Shown here: positions 42,911-53,157 of the stretch, piece by piece
Layout: the number at the start of each line of letters is the position of its first letter
Position numbering within the stretch: the stretch's first letter is position 1
Sequence record: MN882349.1
Source: Escherichia phage Ec_Makalu_003
Length of the DNA stretch: 64,000 nt
Reading direction: 5' to 3' (one strand)
Translations under genes and position numbers: made by a program
Notes under the pieces: model-generated
What the model was told of the DNA's origin: nothing
The model's database searches: none
The model's input: the letters and a program-made list of their open reading frames with translations, nothing else

Positions 42911-43997
42911 TGTCTCAATAAAACTTTATCAGGATTATGAGGCGTTTCTAAATCATCGCTTTATAGAATTGGGTGCTACCTTTGTTACAATGACTCTGCG
43001 TGATTCGATTCGTGGGGTGAACGAAGGATTGTTGCAATTCTATGATAATAAAGCGATGCATACAAAATTAAACGGGCGGGAGATCATTCAGATTTCGTTA
43101 TCTACTGCCAACACAGATGAAGTGTTCAACCGAATCTATGGGATCTCTCATAGTAATGTAACGCTTGACCAAAAATCTGACAACATTTTAACATTCCAGT
43201 TAAAGAGCTATCACGAAACACTAAACCTTAAATTTTCTCGCGCATTGACAAATAACGCTGTTAATAACGTAACCAGCATGATTGACGCTATCTATAAAGA
43301 AGTTCCTTTATGGAAACCAACCATAAAAGGTGATAACGTGGTTATTCCTCGTTGTCCGTGGGTTAGTACCATAAATGACTATATGGATTTTGTGAGGGCA
43401 TACGGGCAAAGCGTAGAAACCGAGTCTTTCGTGTATTGCTGGGAAGATTTTGATGGTATAACGATCGCTGGACATGATACAATATTAAAAAATGAGCCAA
43501 TACCAGCTATAATCTGTGAGCCTAGACTCATTGGGCAATTTATTGATATGTCGCCTAATCTGATGGTTTTTAATTTCGAGTGGAAGACTAAGAGCAATGC
43601 TAAAGTTAAAAATTCATTTAGCAATGTGACATACACAACTATTGATTTTGTTACTAAGCAGTATAATAAAATTATTGTTGGTAATGGGGATAATATTGCA
43701 CACTTTGCTCATGGTGGCGCTTATGGCGATTTAACTTATAAGAATGCGTTTTTGGAAGGTTCTAAACTTGCCACAATAGAACAATATGATTCATATGCTA
43801 CCGCCGTGTGTCACGGTAATTTTTCGTTGCGCCCCGGTATGGTTATTCGATTCTTTGATGAGAAGCAACAAGCACGCAATGATTTTATTGTTGACGAAGT
43901 GGTGCATGAAATTAGCCGAGAGCAATCATTAACTCACCTGTATATGATCGGTAACAGCGAAGAATTGCAGGAAGTCAAATTTGAAGGTAAGATATAA
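42888..43997 (+). CDS. 27: baseplate hub subunit gp27
   Basis: 369 aa (T4 gp27 391 aa); gene order. Confidence 0.8.
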   Translation: MQRTGFPNVSIKLYQDYEAFLNHRFIELGATFVTMTLRDSIRGVNEGLLQFYDNKAMHTKLNGREIIQISLSTANTDEVFNRIYGISHSNVTLDQKSDNILTFQLKSYHETLNLKFSRALTNNAVNNVTSMIDAIYKEVPLWKPTIKGDNVVIPRCPWVSTINDYMDFVRAYGQSVETESFVYCWEDFDGITIAGHDTILKNEPIPAIICEPRLIGQFIDMSPNLMVFNFEWKTKSNAKVKNSFSNVTYTTIDFVTKQYNKIIVGNGDNIAHFAHGGAYGDLTYKNAFLEGSKLATIEQYDSYATAVCHGNFSLRPGMVIRFFDEKQQARNDFIVDEVVHEISREQSLTHLYMIGNSEELQEVKFEGKI

Positions 43998-44515
43998 TGA
44001 CAGAAACTAAACCTATGTTAAAATTTGTTGTTCCTGTAAAAAAATTAGAGATAAACGGGAAACATATCAAGATCCCAAAAATGGGGATTAAGCAACATCG
44101 ATTATTAAAAGATGTTCGTAGCTGTGATGAAACATTAAAGATTCTTCTTGATTCAATCTGTCCTGGGTTAAACGCTGCCGAGTCTGAATTGGTTATGCTT
44201 AACCTTTGTGCGTTTAACGGTAAGTGTCTGGAAGAAAAAGATGGTCTTAAGCTGTCTGATGTGTATATTTGTACAGAGACTGAATTTACTTTAAATGGTA
44301 AAGTCTTTAAATTTAAAAATCCAATGTATACTTCTGACCCCATTATCGATGACGCTGATTTCTTGAGTCATCATTATCACGATCCTAGTGTAGACTTCCA
44401 TGATTTCCCAGCTTTTATTATGGATTGGGCTACAGGATTAAGAAAAACTATTGCGCTGGATACACCGGAAGGTACTATCTATGGTGGAATTAACATATTG
44501 GATCGCCTATCATGA
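43997..44515 (+). CDS. 28: baseplate hub distal subunit gp28
   Basis: 172 aa (T4 gp28 177 aa); gene order. Confidence 0.75.
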   Translation: MTETKPMLKFVVPVKKLEINGKHIKIPKMGIKQHRLLKDVRSCDETLKILLDSICPGLNAAESELVMLNLCAFNGKCLEEKDGLKLSDVYICTETEFTLNGKVFKFKNPMYTSDPIIDDADFLSHHYHDPSVDFHDFPAFIMDWATGLRKTIALDTPEGTIYGGINILDRLS

Positions 44516-46245
44516 ATGACGCATTAACATCATTTCGCGGGATGCGCAAGGAAGCGGAAGAAAACCCGATTGATAAACTTAACAAATTAGATAAACTTGA
44601 TTCTATTGATAATTTGCAAGCCGCGACCGAATTGGTAGCGGAGACAGTAGAACAAAAATCTAATGAAGTTGTTGGTGCGGTAGAGGATAACACCGCAGCC
44701 AACGAATTGACGGCAGAAAATACACAATCTACCGCTGGCAATACCCAAAAAACTTATGAAGAATTGCAAAAACTCAATAATTTCTCTTCTCAGATGAATG
44801 AGAAATTACGTGGTTTTGGTGTTATGATGGAACGTAGATTTGGTGTTGTCAGTAAAATGGCTAGTGGTATTGGTGCGATTGAAGAAGCACTGAAAAAACC
44901 GGAACAACCGCAAACAATGCCATCACCTCAGCCAGTTTTGCCTACTGTACCTGAACAGCCTAATAATGACAACTATCAAGGTCTTCCAAAGAAAAAACCA
45001 GATGTTGATGACCGAAAGAAAAAGAACGCCACAGATAAGCGTAATGCGGATTCTATGGAAAATCTTCTTAAAGTTGTTCGTGGAGGATTTAAAGAAACCA
45101 TAGGTATCTCTAATAAGGTCTTAGGGATGTTATTTAAGATCACTTTGACCGCTATGGCAGAAGCCGCAAAATGGGGTGCTATTTTGATGGGTATTGTTTT
45201 TGTCATTGATACCCTGATGGTTCATTTCAGATATTGGAGCGATTTATTCGAGACAAAATTCAGTGAATTTATGGATAAGGCCGGAGATTGGGCTGGTCCT
45301 ATTAGCGATATTTTAACTACTGTTCGTCAGGTTAGAGATTATTGGTCTAAAGGAGAATATAAAGAATTAATTAAATCGCTGGTTATGGGTATTGGTGATG
45401 CATTCTATAAAACCTTTATCCAACTTGATCGAATTATCACTACTGGTATTGCTAAAATTCTTCGCATGATCCCTGGTATGGGTGATTATGCCGATAATTT
45501 AGAATACGGTGCTTTAAAGTCTGCTGTTGCTAAAGGCTATAAGCCAAATGACCGAGAACTCGAATTAATGGATAAGATCGAGTCTGAACACGAAGAAGAC
45601 AAATATGGAGAGCGCACAGGATGGACAGGAAAAGCCCGTGATATTGGCGAGGCCATAGGCGAATCTATTAAAGATAAATTTAATGAAGGTCTTGTTAGTC
45701 TGGGCTGGAGAGATCAAAAGGATGTTGACGCAGAGAAACGACAAGAAGAATTAAAACGCGGGGAATACAAGTCTGTTTCTGCTGAACAACGATCTGCTAG
45801 TCGTAAACTTAAAATTAAAAGCGAGGGAGCGATCAATAATATTAATGAAGTTATGGAGAATTTGAGCGGTGACTATGACAAAGAAAGAATGGAAGAGTTG
45901 AAAAAGGATATTGATGTTTACCGTGAGCAAGTTCAAGATCCTACATTAGTTGAAAGTGATCGTTCTCAGTTAGAGCGTCTTATTGAAAAATTTGATGAGA
46001 TGTATGCTGATAAAACTAAGGGTGTGGTTCCAACTAATCCTGTTCCTGCAACTGAAACGGAAACAGCAAAACAAGCGGAACGTACTGAACAAATGCAGAA
46101 ACAAGCTGCAATCCAGCAACAAACGACAAATCAGACCTCAAACGTAAATAATACACAAATTGTAACAAACAATAGAACTATTAAACAGGGTGCACCAACA
46201 ACTAGAATTGATGCCCCCGGTACAATTAATATGGGGAACTTTTAA
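44512..46245 (+). CDS. 29: baseplate hub subunit / tail length determinator gp29
   Basis: 577 aa (T4 gp29 590 aa); one internal hydrophobic segment (AILMGIVFVIDTLMV); Gln/Thr-rich C-terminus. Confidence 0.8.
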   Translation: MNDALTSFRGMRKEAEENPIDKLNKLDKLDSIDNLQAATELVAETVEQKSNEVVGAVEDNTAANELTAENTQSTAGNTQKTYEELQKLNNFSSQMNEKLRGFGVMMERRFGVVSKMASGIGAIEEALKKPEQPQTMPSPQPVLPTVPEQPNNDNYQGLPKKKPDVDDRKKKNATDKRNADSMENLLKVVRGGFKETIGISNKVLGMLFKITLTAMAEAAKWGAILMGIVFVIDTLMVHFRYWSDLFETKFSEFMDKAGDWAGPISDILTTVRQVRDYWSKGEYKELIKSLVMGIGDAFYKTFIQLDRIITTGIAKILRMIPGMGDYADNLEYGALKSAVAKGYKPNDRELELMDKIESEHEEDKYGERTGWTGKARDIGEAIGESIKDKFNEGLVSLGWRDQKDVDAEKRQEELKRGEYKSVSAEQRSASRKLKIKSEGAINNINEVMENLSGDYDKERMEELKKDIDVYREQVQDPTLVESDRSQLERLIEKFDEMYADKTKGVVPTNPVPATETETAKQAERTEQMQKQAAIQQQTTNQTSNVNNTQIVTNNRTIKQGAPTTRIDAPGTINMGNF

Positions 46246-47303
46246 TGAAAATTAGTGTTATCAATGATGCCGTTGATAGCTTTAAAGCGGGGGTTAAAAC
46301 CTCCGCTGGTTTTACCTCAAAAAATAAAGGGAAAACATTAACCGCTCAATTCCCCGCTGAACGTGCTAGCGGTAATGATGCTAGCGGTTATTATATCAAC
46401 GACTTATATAATAATGGTCTGTTATTCACTGCATACGATTATACATCTCGTACTACCGGATCGTTGCGTGATTTCAGGAAAAAGAAAAATGTTGCTAGTG
46501 GTTTTGGTGGTAGCGTTAATATCGCTGGTTTTGATTTAAATTTGGGTGGAAGAAATGCTGCATTTGACCGAGAGGCAATTGCTAATATTCTTCTTCCTCG
46601 TAGTCAATCTGACGTTGACGCTGCTAGCCATAAGTTTAATGATGTTGGTGAATCTGTTATTTCTCGCGGTGGTGGTACTTTAGGGGGTGCTCTTTCTAAT
46701 ATGGCATCTACTGCCGTTTTTGGTGGTATCGAAAGTATTACTGGTGGATATCTTGCCGATCACGGTGAACAGATTTATAATACTGCTCGAAGCATGTATG
46801 CTGGTGCTGACGCACGAACTAAAAACTACGTATGGCATCTAACCCCACGTAGTATTGAAGACCTTCGCAATATTCTAATCATATACGAAACGTTTTTAGA
46901 ATTGTCTTATGGTTCTAGTGGTATTTCCAGCACCGCAAAAGAATTAAAAGCGGAAGTTGATGCGTGGTATAAAAATACACTATTGAGAAAATCCACCCCA
47001 GAGGAAGCGAAGAGAAATGATACTCTGTTTGAAGGGATCACCGATTTTCTATCAAACGTAATTACTGTATCTAACCCGACAATATGGATGATCTCTAACT
47101 TCGGCAAGCGTACATCGTTTGAAGGGCGTAGCGATGCATTTGGTCCCGCTCAGATCTCAAGTGTACGTCTGGACAAGTCGCCTGATGGTAAGTTTAATGG
47201 CCTTGCTATTTCTCCTAACTTGCCGAGTACCTTTGTTCTGGAAGTATCATTTAGAGAGATCTTGACACTTTCCCGTGGTACTATATTTGGGAGTGCGGCA
47301 TAA
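46245..47303 (+). CDS. 48: baseplate tail tube cap gp48
   Basis: 352 aa (T4 gp48 364 aa); gene order. Confidence 0.8.
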   Translation: MKISVINDAVDSFKAGVKTSAGFTSKNKGKTLTAQFPAERASGNDASGYYINDLYNNGLLFTAYDYTSRTTGSLRDFRKKKNVASGFGGSVNIAGFDLNLGGRNAAFDREAIANILLPRSQSDVDAASHKFNDVGESVISRGGGTLGGALSNMASTAVFGGIESITGGYLADHGEQIYNTARSMYAGADARTKNYVWHLTPRSIEDLRNILIIYETFLELSYGSSGISSTAKELKAEVDAWYKNTLLRKSTPEEAKRNDTLFEGITDFLSNVITVSNPTIWMISNFGKRTSFEGRSDAFGPAQISSVRLDKSPDGKFNGLAISPNLPSTFVLEVSFREILTLSRGTIFGSAA

Positions 47304-48235
47304 TGTTTGATTTAAATGACTTTAACGAACAAGCCGCTAACCTTGACTTTCAGCGATCTAACTTATTCAGCGTGGCATTTGCCACCACTCCAAGTAATAA
47401 GACACAAGCGATCCTAGAAAGTATGGGCGGTGCGGTATATGATATTATACCAAATGCATTAAATGACTATTTCGGGATTACTCGTGGTGATTATACTGAC
47501 GCATTAACAAATCTTGCTGTACAGGGTGTTAGGCGTGCTGTTGATTCATCCGGTGTCAAAAAGTATCTTTTAGGTGCAATGTCATCCCGCGTAGTTCAAT
47601 CTCTTCTGGGGCAATTTGATGTTGGTACATATGCGCTTGACTGGTTCAATATGGCATATAAGACAAGCGGTCTTCTGGTGTATGCTGTTAAGGTTCCAGA
47701 AAACAGATTGAATTATGAAATAGACCGCAACCACAATGCGCCAAACATTCGAATTACGGGACGTGATTTTGATCCGCTTGTATTGAGCTTTAGAATGGAC
47801 TCTAGCGCATCAAACTATAGAGCAATGCAGGATTGGGTTAACTCAGTAGAAGACCCCGTTACAGGGCTTCGTGCGCTTCCTGTTGACGTTGAAGCAGATA
47901 TTCAGGTTAACTTACATAACCGAATGGGAGTTCCTCACACGATCATGATGTTTAATGGTTGTGTTCCTGTTGGTGTGAGTGCACCGGAATTAACCTATGA
48001 AAATAACAACGAAATTACAACATTCGATGTTACTTTTGCGTATAGGACTATGCAAACTGGTGCTGTAGGAGAGCAAGCCGCGCGAGAATGGATTGAGGAT
48101 AAGGCAATAAACGCAATAACAAACACTTTCGGCAACAATTTACTTGATAGTGGGTTATCTGCTGCTGGTAATGCTTTATCGCGTCTAAATGGCGTCGGTG
48201 GGCGTGTGGTGAATACTGTCACTAACTGGTTCTGA
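47303..48235 (+). CDS. 54: baseplate tail tube initiator gp54
   Basis: 310 aa (T4 gp54 320 aa); gene order. Confidence 0.8.
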   Translation: MFDLNDFNEQAANLDFQRSNLFSVAFATTPSNKTQAILESMGGAVYDIIPNALNDYFGITRGDYTDALTNLAVQGVRRAVDSSGVKKYLLGAMSSRVVQSLLGQFDVGTYALDWFNMAYKTSGLLVYAVKVPENRLNYEIDRNHNAPNIRITGRDFDPLVLSFRMDSSASNYRAMQDWVNSVEDPVTGLRALPVDVEADIQVNLHNRMGVPHTIMMFNGCVPVGVSAPELTYENNNEITTFDVTFAYRTMQTGAVGEQAAREWIEDKAINAITNTFGNNLLDSGLSAAGNALSRLNGVGGRVVNTVTNWF

Positions 48236-48242
48236 TAAGCGA

Positions 48243-48274
48243 AAGGCGGGGGACAATCCCCCGCCTTTTTATTT
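48243..48274 (+). terminator. rho-independent terminator after gene 54
   Basis: Hairpin GGCGGGGG-ACAA-TCCCCCGCC followed by TTTTTATTTT; sits between convergent genes. Confidence 0.75.
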
Positions 48275-48754
48275 TGCTAAATCATTGCAATATTTTAGTG
48301 CCTTAGTTTGAAACTCTGCGCTGTTAAGTTCTTCATAACGGTCATAATCACCGTTTAATGCTGCCTTTCTTGCTTCTTGTTCTATCTGCATGTCAGACAT
48401 GATAATACAACGATCCCGCGATTTCATCTTCTCAAGTTGTATAGACTCTTCTTGTTGCTTGCGCAATTCTTCTTGATGCTTCTTTTCTTCTCGTGCTTTC
48501 TCTTCCCGCGCTTCTTTGATTGCATCTTTGAACATCTGCGTTTGTGGTGCTAAACCAACTTTAACGCGATCCACGTCTCGACGTTCCATTTTAGAAATAA
48601 AACATGATTCGATCTGGTCATCGCTTGCATATGCTGCTTTACATTCACGAAGCAAGAAAACCGGATCTGATTTAGCATTCATCATAGCTTCCATGTTAGT
48701 ACAACCAGTAAGCATGAATGCAGCCGCAAGACCAATCAGTTTAATCATTTTCAT
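48269..48754 (-). CDS. putative lipoprotein
   Basis: 161 aa; signal peptide with lipobox LTGC (MKMIKLIGLAAAFMLTGC); charged coiled-coil-like segment; SD GAGGTG. Confidence 0.65.
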   Translation of the reverse strand: MKMIKLIGLAAAFMLTGCTNMEAMMNAKSDPVFLLRECKAAYASDDQIESCFISKMERRDVDRVKVGLAPQTQMFKDAIKEAREEKAREEKKHQEELRKQQEESIQLEKMKSRDRCIIMSDMQIEQEARKAALNGDYDRYEELNSAEFQTKALKYCNDLAK

Positions 48755-49575
48755 TTAGTCACCTCACCGAAAATTGTAAATTGTCTACGATTCTCATCGC
48801 CGAAAGATTCTACTACGTCGTTTACCTTGATGCAAGTCCCGCGCGGTAAAATTACTTCACATTCGCAAGGATTCCATGCAATAGACCCAACAACAAAACC
48901 TTTATGATCTTTTACGTCAATTACCCATGATACATTACAAGAATGTTGCATCTTTCCGGTCATTGATTCATATCGATTCTCACAATAAAGGCTAGTGCTG
49001 TTTGAAAGCCATCCTCCAAAGATGATCGGTGTCATGCTGGTCGATACAAAGTTTTTAAAGGTAAATTCCTTATCTTCAATAATACGCTCTATTGTCTGAA
49101 TGTCAAGATGTTGACCGCGATAAAGAGTACCGTTTAACTTTTCGGTTTTATCCATGACACAATCCATCAAATCGACAATCTCTGATATCTCATCGGTCAT
49201 GTCTTCTTCCCCTAAGAGAGCACCATTTACCCATTCGTATTGTTCAGACACATAATCGCAGATTGCATTATATTCTGCTGGGGTTATGTTGTTATGTTTG
49301 TAATGTTTGAATACATTATCTCCAAAATCTTCGGAATGTACTTCATACATCACATTAATGATTTTCTTGACAAATCCATAATCTTGCGTTTCTCGCTCAA
49401 GGAAACGGATAACTTTCACGTAATCATCAAAGTTAATATGATCGCTGATCATTTCAGTGATCATGTAACCATTAATCCCCTCAATGCCATATGTTTCGAT
49501 GTAATTATCCATACGTTCCATCATTGATTCGCGTGATTCTTCGGAAAGGCGAAAATCCTGTAATTTCTTGAACAT
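48751..49575 (-). CDS. ADP-ribosyltransferase, Alt-like paralog
   Basis: 274 aa; R-S-E motifs (LYRGQ, FVSTSMTPIIFGGW, ECEVILPRG) parallel those in the Alt C-terminus. Confidence 0.7.
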   Translation of the reverse strand: MFKKLQDFRLSEESRESMMERMDNYIETYGIEGINGYMITEMISDHINFDDYVKVIRFLERETQDYGFVKKIINVMYEVHSEDFGDNVFKHYKHNNITPAEYNAICDYVSEQYEWVNGALLGEEDMTDEISEIVDLMDCVMDKTEKLNGTLYRGQHLDIQTIERIIEDKEFTFKNFVSTSMTPIIFGGWLSNSTSLYCENRYESMTGKMQHSCNVSWVIDVKDHKGFVVGSIAWNPCECEVILPRGTCIKVNDVVESFGDENRRQFTIFGEVTK

Positions 49576-49593
49576 TTTAAATCTCCCATATAA

Positions 49594-49628
49594 CAGAAAA
49601 CGGGGCTAGTATAAAACTAGTCCCCGTT
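49594..49628 (-). terminator. terminator-like hairpin after alt (minus strand)
   Basis: Imperfect hairpin AACGGGGACTAGTTTTATACTAGCCCCGTT followed by TTTTCTG on the minus strand. Confidence 0.5.
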
Positions 49629-49653
49629 TGAGTCAACCATTATTTCTTAAAAA

Positions 49654-51705
49654 TTACATTTTAAATTTATCCGGCATAGCGTCTACAGACACAAGATCAG
49701 CGATAAGCTGACGTAGAGTTGCCTTATCTGCTTTCTTACGTTCGGTTTTAGCTTCGGTAATGAAGCTGGAGAAAGACAGGTCAGAAGCAGGTTTAACAAC
49801 ACCTTCACGGATGAATGCATCACCGTCCGCGATCATCTCACCAGATTCTTGTAATGCTGCCAGTTCATTTTTGTTCATAATATGTGCCTCAATGTAATAA
49901 GTTTCTTGTGAATCCGTCGATGCCGTAGCACGAGTTACCGTATCAAAGGATAACACAACACCGCGAGGAAGTAAAATCTCGCATTCTTTGTAAGCAAATG
50001 CTTTGTTACCTACTGGCAATACAGGGATGTTTTCCGCGCCAGCAATGGAGAAAGCAACATTAGCGCCACCTTCACCGCGAGATCCAGCCATAGAATCAAC
50101 ACCAGCAACGGCACTAGCCACGTTTGCATTCCATCCACCAAAAATATTAGGTGCAAGGGAAGTGCTCACATAGTTTTTAAAGTAAAACGCTTTTTGCTTA
50201 CGTGCAGTTTCCCACATTTGAGAACGGAAGTCCATACCACGATACAAGATAGTACCTGGATCAAGTTTAACACCATAGTTAGCAAATGCGTTATCCAGTG
50301 CATCACACATCTTGACCAATTCTTCTGGGTCTGCGATGCCTTCAAACTCTTCCAGCTTACGGTCGGTTAGGAAGTTGTTCATATTGATGTATGCTGCATC
50401 CGCATATTCGCTCAACACAAAACCTTCCGCGCCAGGCAGATCAAGATCAATATCTGCCATCATTTCACCCATGTTGCTAGCAATTGCTTCAAACATACCG
50501 GAAGCAACATTACGCAGGGCATCGGTTTTAATCTGCGTGATGTGACTACGCAGCATTTCAGCTTTTACATCTGCTGGCATAGACTGGTCGACGCGATCCA
50601 TTGCCAGGGCGGTGATCTTGTTTTCGAATACTTCCTCGCTCATGATTTCTTTTAAGCGTTTGATTGATGCTGCGATAACTTCCGCAGACAACGGATCATA
50701 TTGATCCTGAACTTTTACCAGTTCGCTTACTGCATATTTTGCATCGGCTTCGCTTTCAAAAATAGTACGCATGAAACCATAGCGAGTGATAATATCACTT
50801 GTCCAGTCATTCAGAGAACGGGCGGTTGAACGTTCTAAGGCTTGACGGTCAATCAGAGTATTAAACTGTTTCTTAGGTTCTGCTTCGGTGATATCTTCTT
50901 CCGGTTTAAGATTAATTTTTTCTGGATGATTCACATAGTCGCTGTTATAGGTCGCTTGAGTTTTCAGCATTTCTTCTTTAGTCAAACGAGATTTAGCCGC
51001 TACGCGTTGTTCTGCTTCCGCGTTTCGTTCTTCTTCCGACACAAGACTAGCCGCATACGCCTCATCTTTAGTCAGAGATTCACCAGTAGCCTTAGATACC
51101 CAGCGATCACCTAAATCACTTTCTACTTTAGTGAACAGGGATTCATCGAGTTTAATCCCTTTAATCTTATCAATCGCCATCCCGCGACGTTTGACAACAA
51201 CTAAAGCGATCTTTTTGCTGGTCATTACTTCCTGCTGGAATACTTCAAACTTCGGTGTACGACGCACCAAACGCTCTATAACGCGCTTAACCAGTTCGGT
51301 CTTACCTTTCATGCGGGATACGTTAAAACGGAACATAACAGCGTCTAATTGCGCTTTACGGGCTGTTTCCATGACCACATCAAAAGCACTTGACATAACT
51401 GCAATCGGGTTATCTCCTAGACCATTTTTAAGCTGTACAATACGACCGCTTTTGTTCATTTCGCACAGTACAACATGTGCGGTCTTGTCACCCATACGAA
51501 TGATTTTAGGTGTTTTGTTGGTGAAGTTACAAAGACGGACAATCACATCTTTATCGCGTGTCTGTACTGCAAAAAGCTGTTTAGGATTCTGCTTAGGCTT
51601 TAAGCACTGTACCGGAGCAATACTGCCAAAGTTTTCTTCCTCTTCCGTCAACAGCCATTTCTCGAAAGATTCAATCATTAGATCGTCGATTTCTAAGTTA
51701 AACAT
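49654..51705 (-). CDS. alt: ADP-ribosyltransferase Alt
   Basis: 683 aa (T4 Alt 682 aa); C-terminal domain with ILYRGMD, NYVSTSLAPNIFGGW, ECEILLPRG. Confidence 0.85.
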   Translation of the reverse strand: MFNLEIDDLMIESFEKWLLTEEEENFGSIAPVQCLKPKQNPKQLFAVQTRDKDVIVRLCNFTNKTPKIIRMGDKTAHVVLCEMNKSGRIVQLKNGLGDNPIAVMSSAFDVVMETARKAQLDAVMFRFNVSRMKGKTELVKRVIERLVRRTPKFEVFQQEVMTSKKIALVVVKRRGMAIDKIKGIKLDESLFTKVESDLGDRWVSKATGESLTKDEAYAASLVSEEERNAEAEQRVAAKSRLTKEEMLKTQATYNSDYVNHPEKINLKPEEDITEAEPKKQFNTLIDRQALERSTARSLNDWTSDIITRYGFMRTIFESEADAKYAVSELVKVQDQYDPLSAEVIAASIKRLKEIMSEEVFENKITALAMDRVDQSMPADVKAEMLRSHITQIKTDALRNVASGMFEAIASNMGEMMADIDLDLPGAEGFVLSEYADAAYINMNNFLTDRKLEEFEGIADPEELVKMCDALDNAFANYGVKLDPGTILYRGMDFRSQMWETARKQKAFYFKNYVSTSLAPNIFGGWNANVASAVAGVDSMAGSRGEGGANVAFSIAGAENIPVLPVGNKAFAYKECEILLPRGVVLSFDTVTRATASTDSQETYYIEAHIMNKNELAALQESGEMIADGDAFIREGVVKPASDLSFSSFITEAKTERKKADKATLRQLIADLVSVDAMPDKFKM

Positions 51706-51746
51706 TTTATATCCTCTAGTTGATAACCTATAAACCTATATTTATG

Positions 51747-51771
51747 AAAAAGGGGCTTAACACCCCCATTT
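51747..51771 (-). terminator. rho-independent terminator (minus strand)
   Basis: Hairpin GGGGGTGTTAAGCCCC followed by TTTTT on the minus strand. Confidence 0.6.
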
Positions 51772-51772
51772 A

Positions 51773-51985
51773 TTATAATGCACCATCGAGCAATTGCTCT
51801 AAGGTGTATCCTGAATAGTCTTTTTCAATCAGGATATATTTTCCTACTCGTTTAATACAACCGCGCATTTCAACGTATTCTGCGTAGTTGATGGTGCGAG
51901 TTGTTCCATCTTCTAGTAAAGCAGTACCGATTTCGTTAATGCGGTCATAAGTTACGTCGGTAATGATGATTTCGATGTTAGCCAT
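51773..51985 (-). CDS. hypothetical protein
   Basis: 70 aa; starts MANIE, sharing its first 15 nt with the ORF at 54109-54360; preceded by promoter cassette C1. Confidence 0.55.
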   Translation of the reverse strand: MANIEIIITDVTYDRINEIGTALLEDGTTRTINYAEYVEMRGCIKRVGKYILIEKDYSGYTLEQLLDGAL

Positions 51986-52021
51986 TTGATACTCCTTAGT
52001 AGTTCGTTTCGGTATGGGTGT

Positions 52022-52050
52022 ATTATGATATACACCCTCTGTTATGTCAA
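52022..52050 (-). promoter_or_regulatory. repeated early promoter cassette C1 (TTGACA-17-CATAAT)
   Basis: Minus-strand -35 TTGACA, 17-nt spacer, -10 CATAAT; inverted repeat GGGTGTAT/ATACACCC spans the -10; conserved leader and AGGAG SD. Confidence 0.6.
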
Positions 52051-52056
52051 CAACTT

Positions 52057-52236
52057 TTAGAACATTTTTGAAATTAATTCTGCTTTGATTTCGCAGAGAA
52101 CATCTAAAGATTTCTCGTCACCCGCTTTTGCTGCTTCTGCTTGCATTTTTGAAATGGCTTCAATGTCAGTGCAATTATAAGCCGCTTGAACTTTAGCGAT
52201 TGCGATGATTGCCGATTCGATGGTTAAGTGTTTCAT
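52057..52236 (-). CDS. hypothetical small protein (59 aa)
   Basis: Minus-strand ORF preceded by cassette C2 with SD AGGAG; below track cut-off. Confidence 0.5.
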   Translation of the reverse strand: MKHLTIESAIIAIAKVQAAYNCTDIEAISKMQAEAAKAGDEKSLDVLCEIKAELISKMF

Positions 52237-52268
52237 GTTTGATTCTCCTTTCGTTTCGGTATGTGTGC

Positions 52269-52297
52269 AGTATAGGGGATCGCCGATCCCCTGTCAA
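52269..52297 (-). promoter_or_regulatory. repeated early promoter cassette C2 (TTGACA-17-TATACT)
   Basis: The 17-nt spacer is the perfect palindrome GGGGATCGGCGATCCCC; same cassette as C10. Confidence 0.6.
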
Positions 52298-52304
52298 CAA
52301 CTTT

Positions 52305-52823
52305 TTAGTTATTTTTTAATTGCTCATCTTGCAATAATGCAATCACATGCTGGCGATGTTCTTCCGATTGAGGAACACCGAAAAAGTTTGTTTTGTAGAA
52401 ATACTCTAATCGGTCTTCTCGTGTGCTCTCTTCCATCATGATCGCGGGTAGTCCAAGATTTCGGAAACGTCGCTTTTCTGCTGGCGTAAAATCACTGTAA
52501 TACAACATAGAATCATCATTACCAGCAATGCTAAACTCATCCTTCATAAAGGAGAATATTGCGTTTAAACGCTGTTTACCGTCCACGATTTCGATCTCAT
52601 AGCGAGAGCCATCATCAATCTTAGCCATTGCGATAGCACCAACCGGAAAATCATTAATCAGGTTTTCGATAAACATACGTTTGTTTTCGGTGTCCCATAC
52701 CAAAGGACGCTGATAATCTGGGTTCATGTTGATATAGCCATCTTCTAACCACGCCTCATAAACAGAGATGACAAAGTTTTTAGTATTGGTATAGTAACGG
52801 CGTTTAGGCGTTAAACGGTTCAT
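52305..52823 (-). CDS. DUF262-like (ParB/Srx-fold) protein
   Basis: 172 aa from ATG 52823 (SD AGGAG); DYQRPLVW and VDGKQRL resemble the DUF262 N-terminal motifs (DGQQR type); last gene of a five-gene operon. Confidence 0.55.
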   Translation of the reverse strand: MNRLTPKRRYYTNTKNFVISVYEAWLEDGYINMNPDYQRPLVWDTENKRMFIENLINDFPVGAIAMAKIDDGSRYEIEIVDGKQRLNAIFSFMKDEFSIAGNDDSMLYYSDFTPAEKRRFRNLGLPAIMMEESTREDRLEYFYKTNFFGVPQSEEHRQHVIALLQDEQLKNN

Positions 52824-52824
52824 G

Positions 52825-53157
52825 TTATAGTCTCCTGAATGGATCATCACGTAAATCAATATCTTTTAAGAACTCATCCCATGAATGGCGGATAATGTTC
52901 TTAATTCTCCAGATAAGCGCAGGGATTGAACGCTCTCCCATCTGGAAGTAAGGATCATATGATCCATATGCCCAATATGCTACTACAATTCCACAATCGG
53001 CGCAATAATATTCTATTTCACTTGCTGGCGACCAAAGTCCATCAATATGATCACGGATCTTGCTTTCGATGTTATGGCTATGGCAATCAGGGCAACGGAT
53101 GCAATGACCTTGTTTATCGTAATTTGACGTTAGCGAATACTTAAACAATCTCATCAT
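52825..53157 (-). CDS. zinc-ribbon protein
   Basis: 110 aa; CIRCPDC ... CADCG (CxxC...CxxC); start overlaps upstream stop. Confidence 0.55.
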   Translation of the reverse strand: MMRLFKYSLTSNYDKQGHCIRCPDCHSHNIESKIRDHIDGLWSPASEIEYYCADCGIVVAYWAYGSYDPYFQMGERSIPALIWRIKNIIRHSWDEFLKDIDLRDDPFRRL

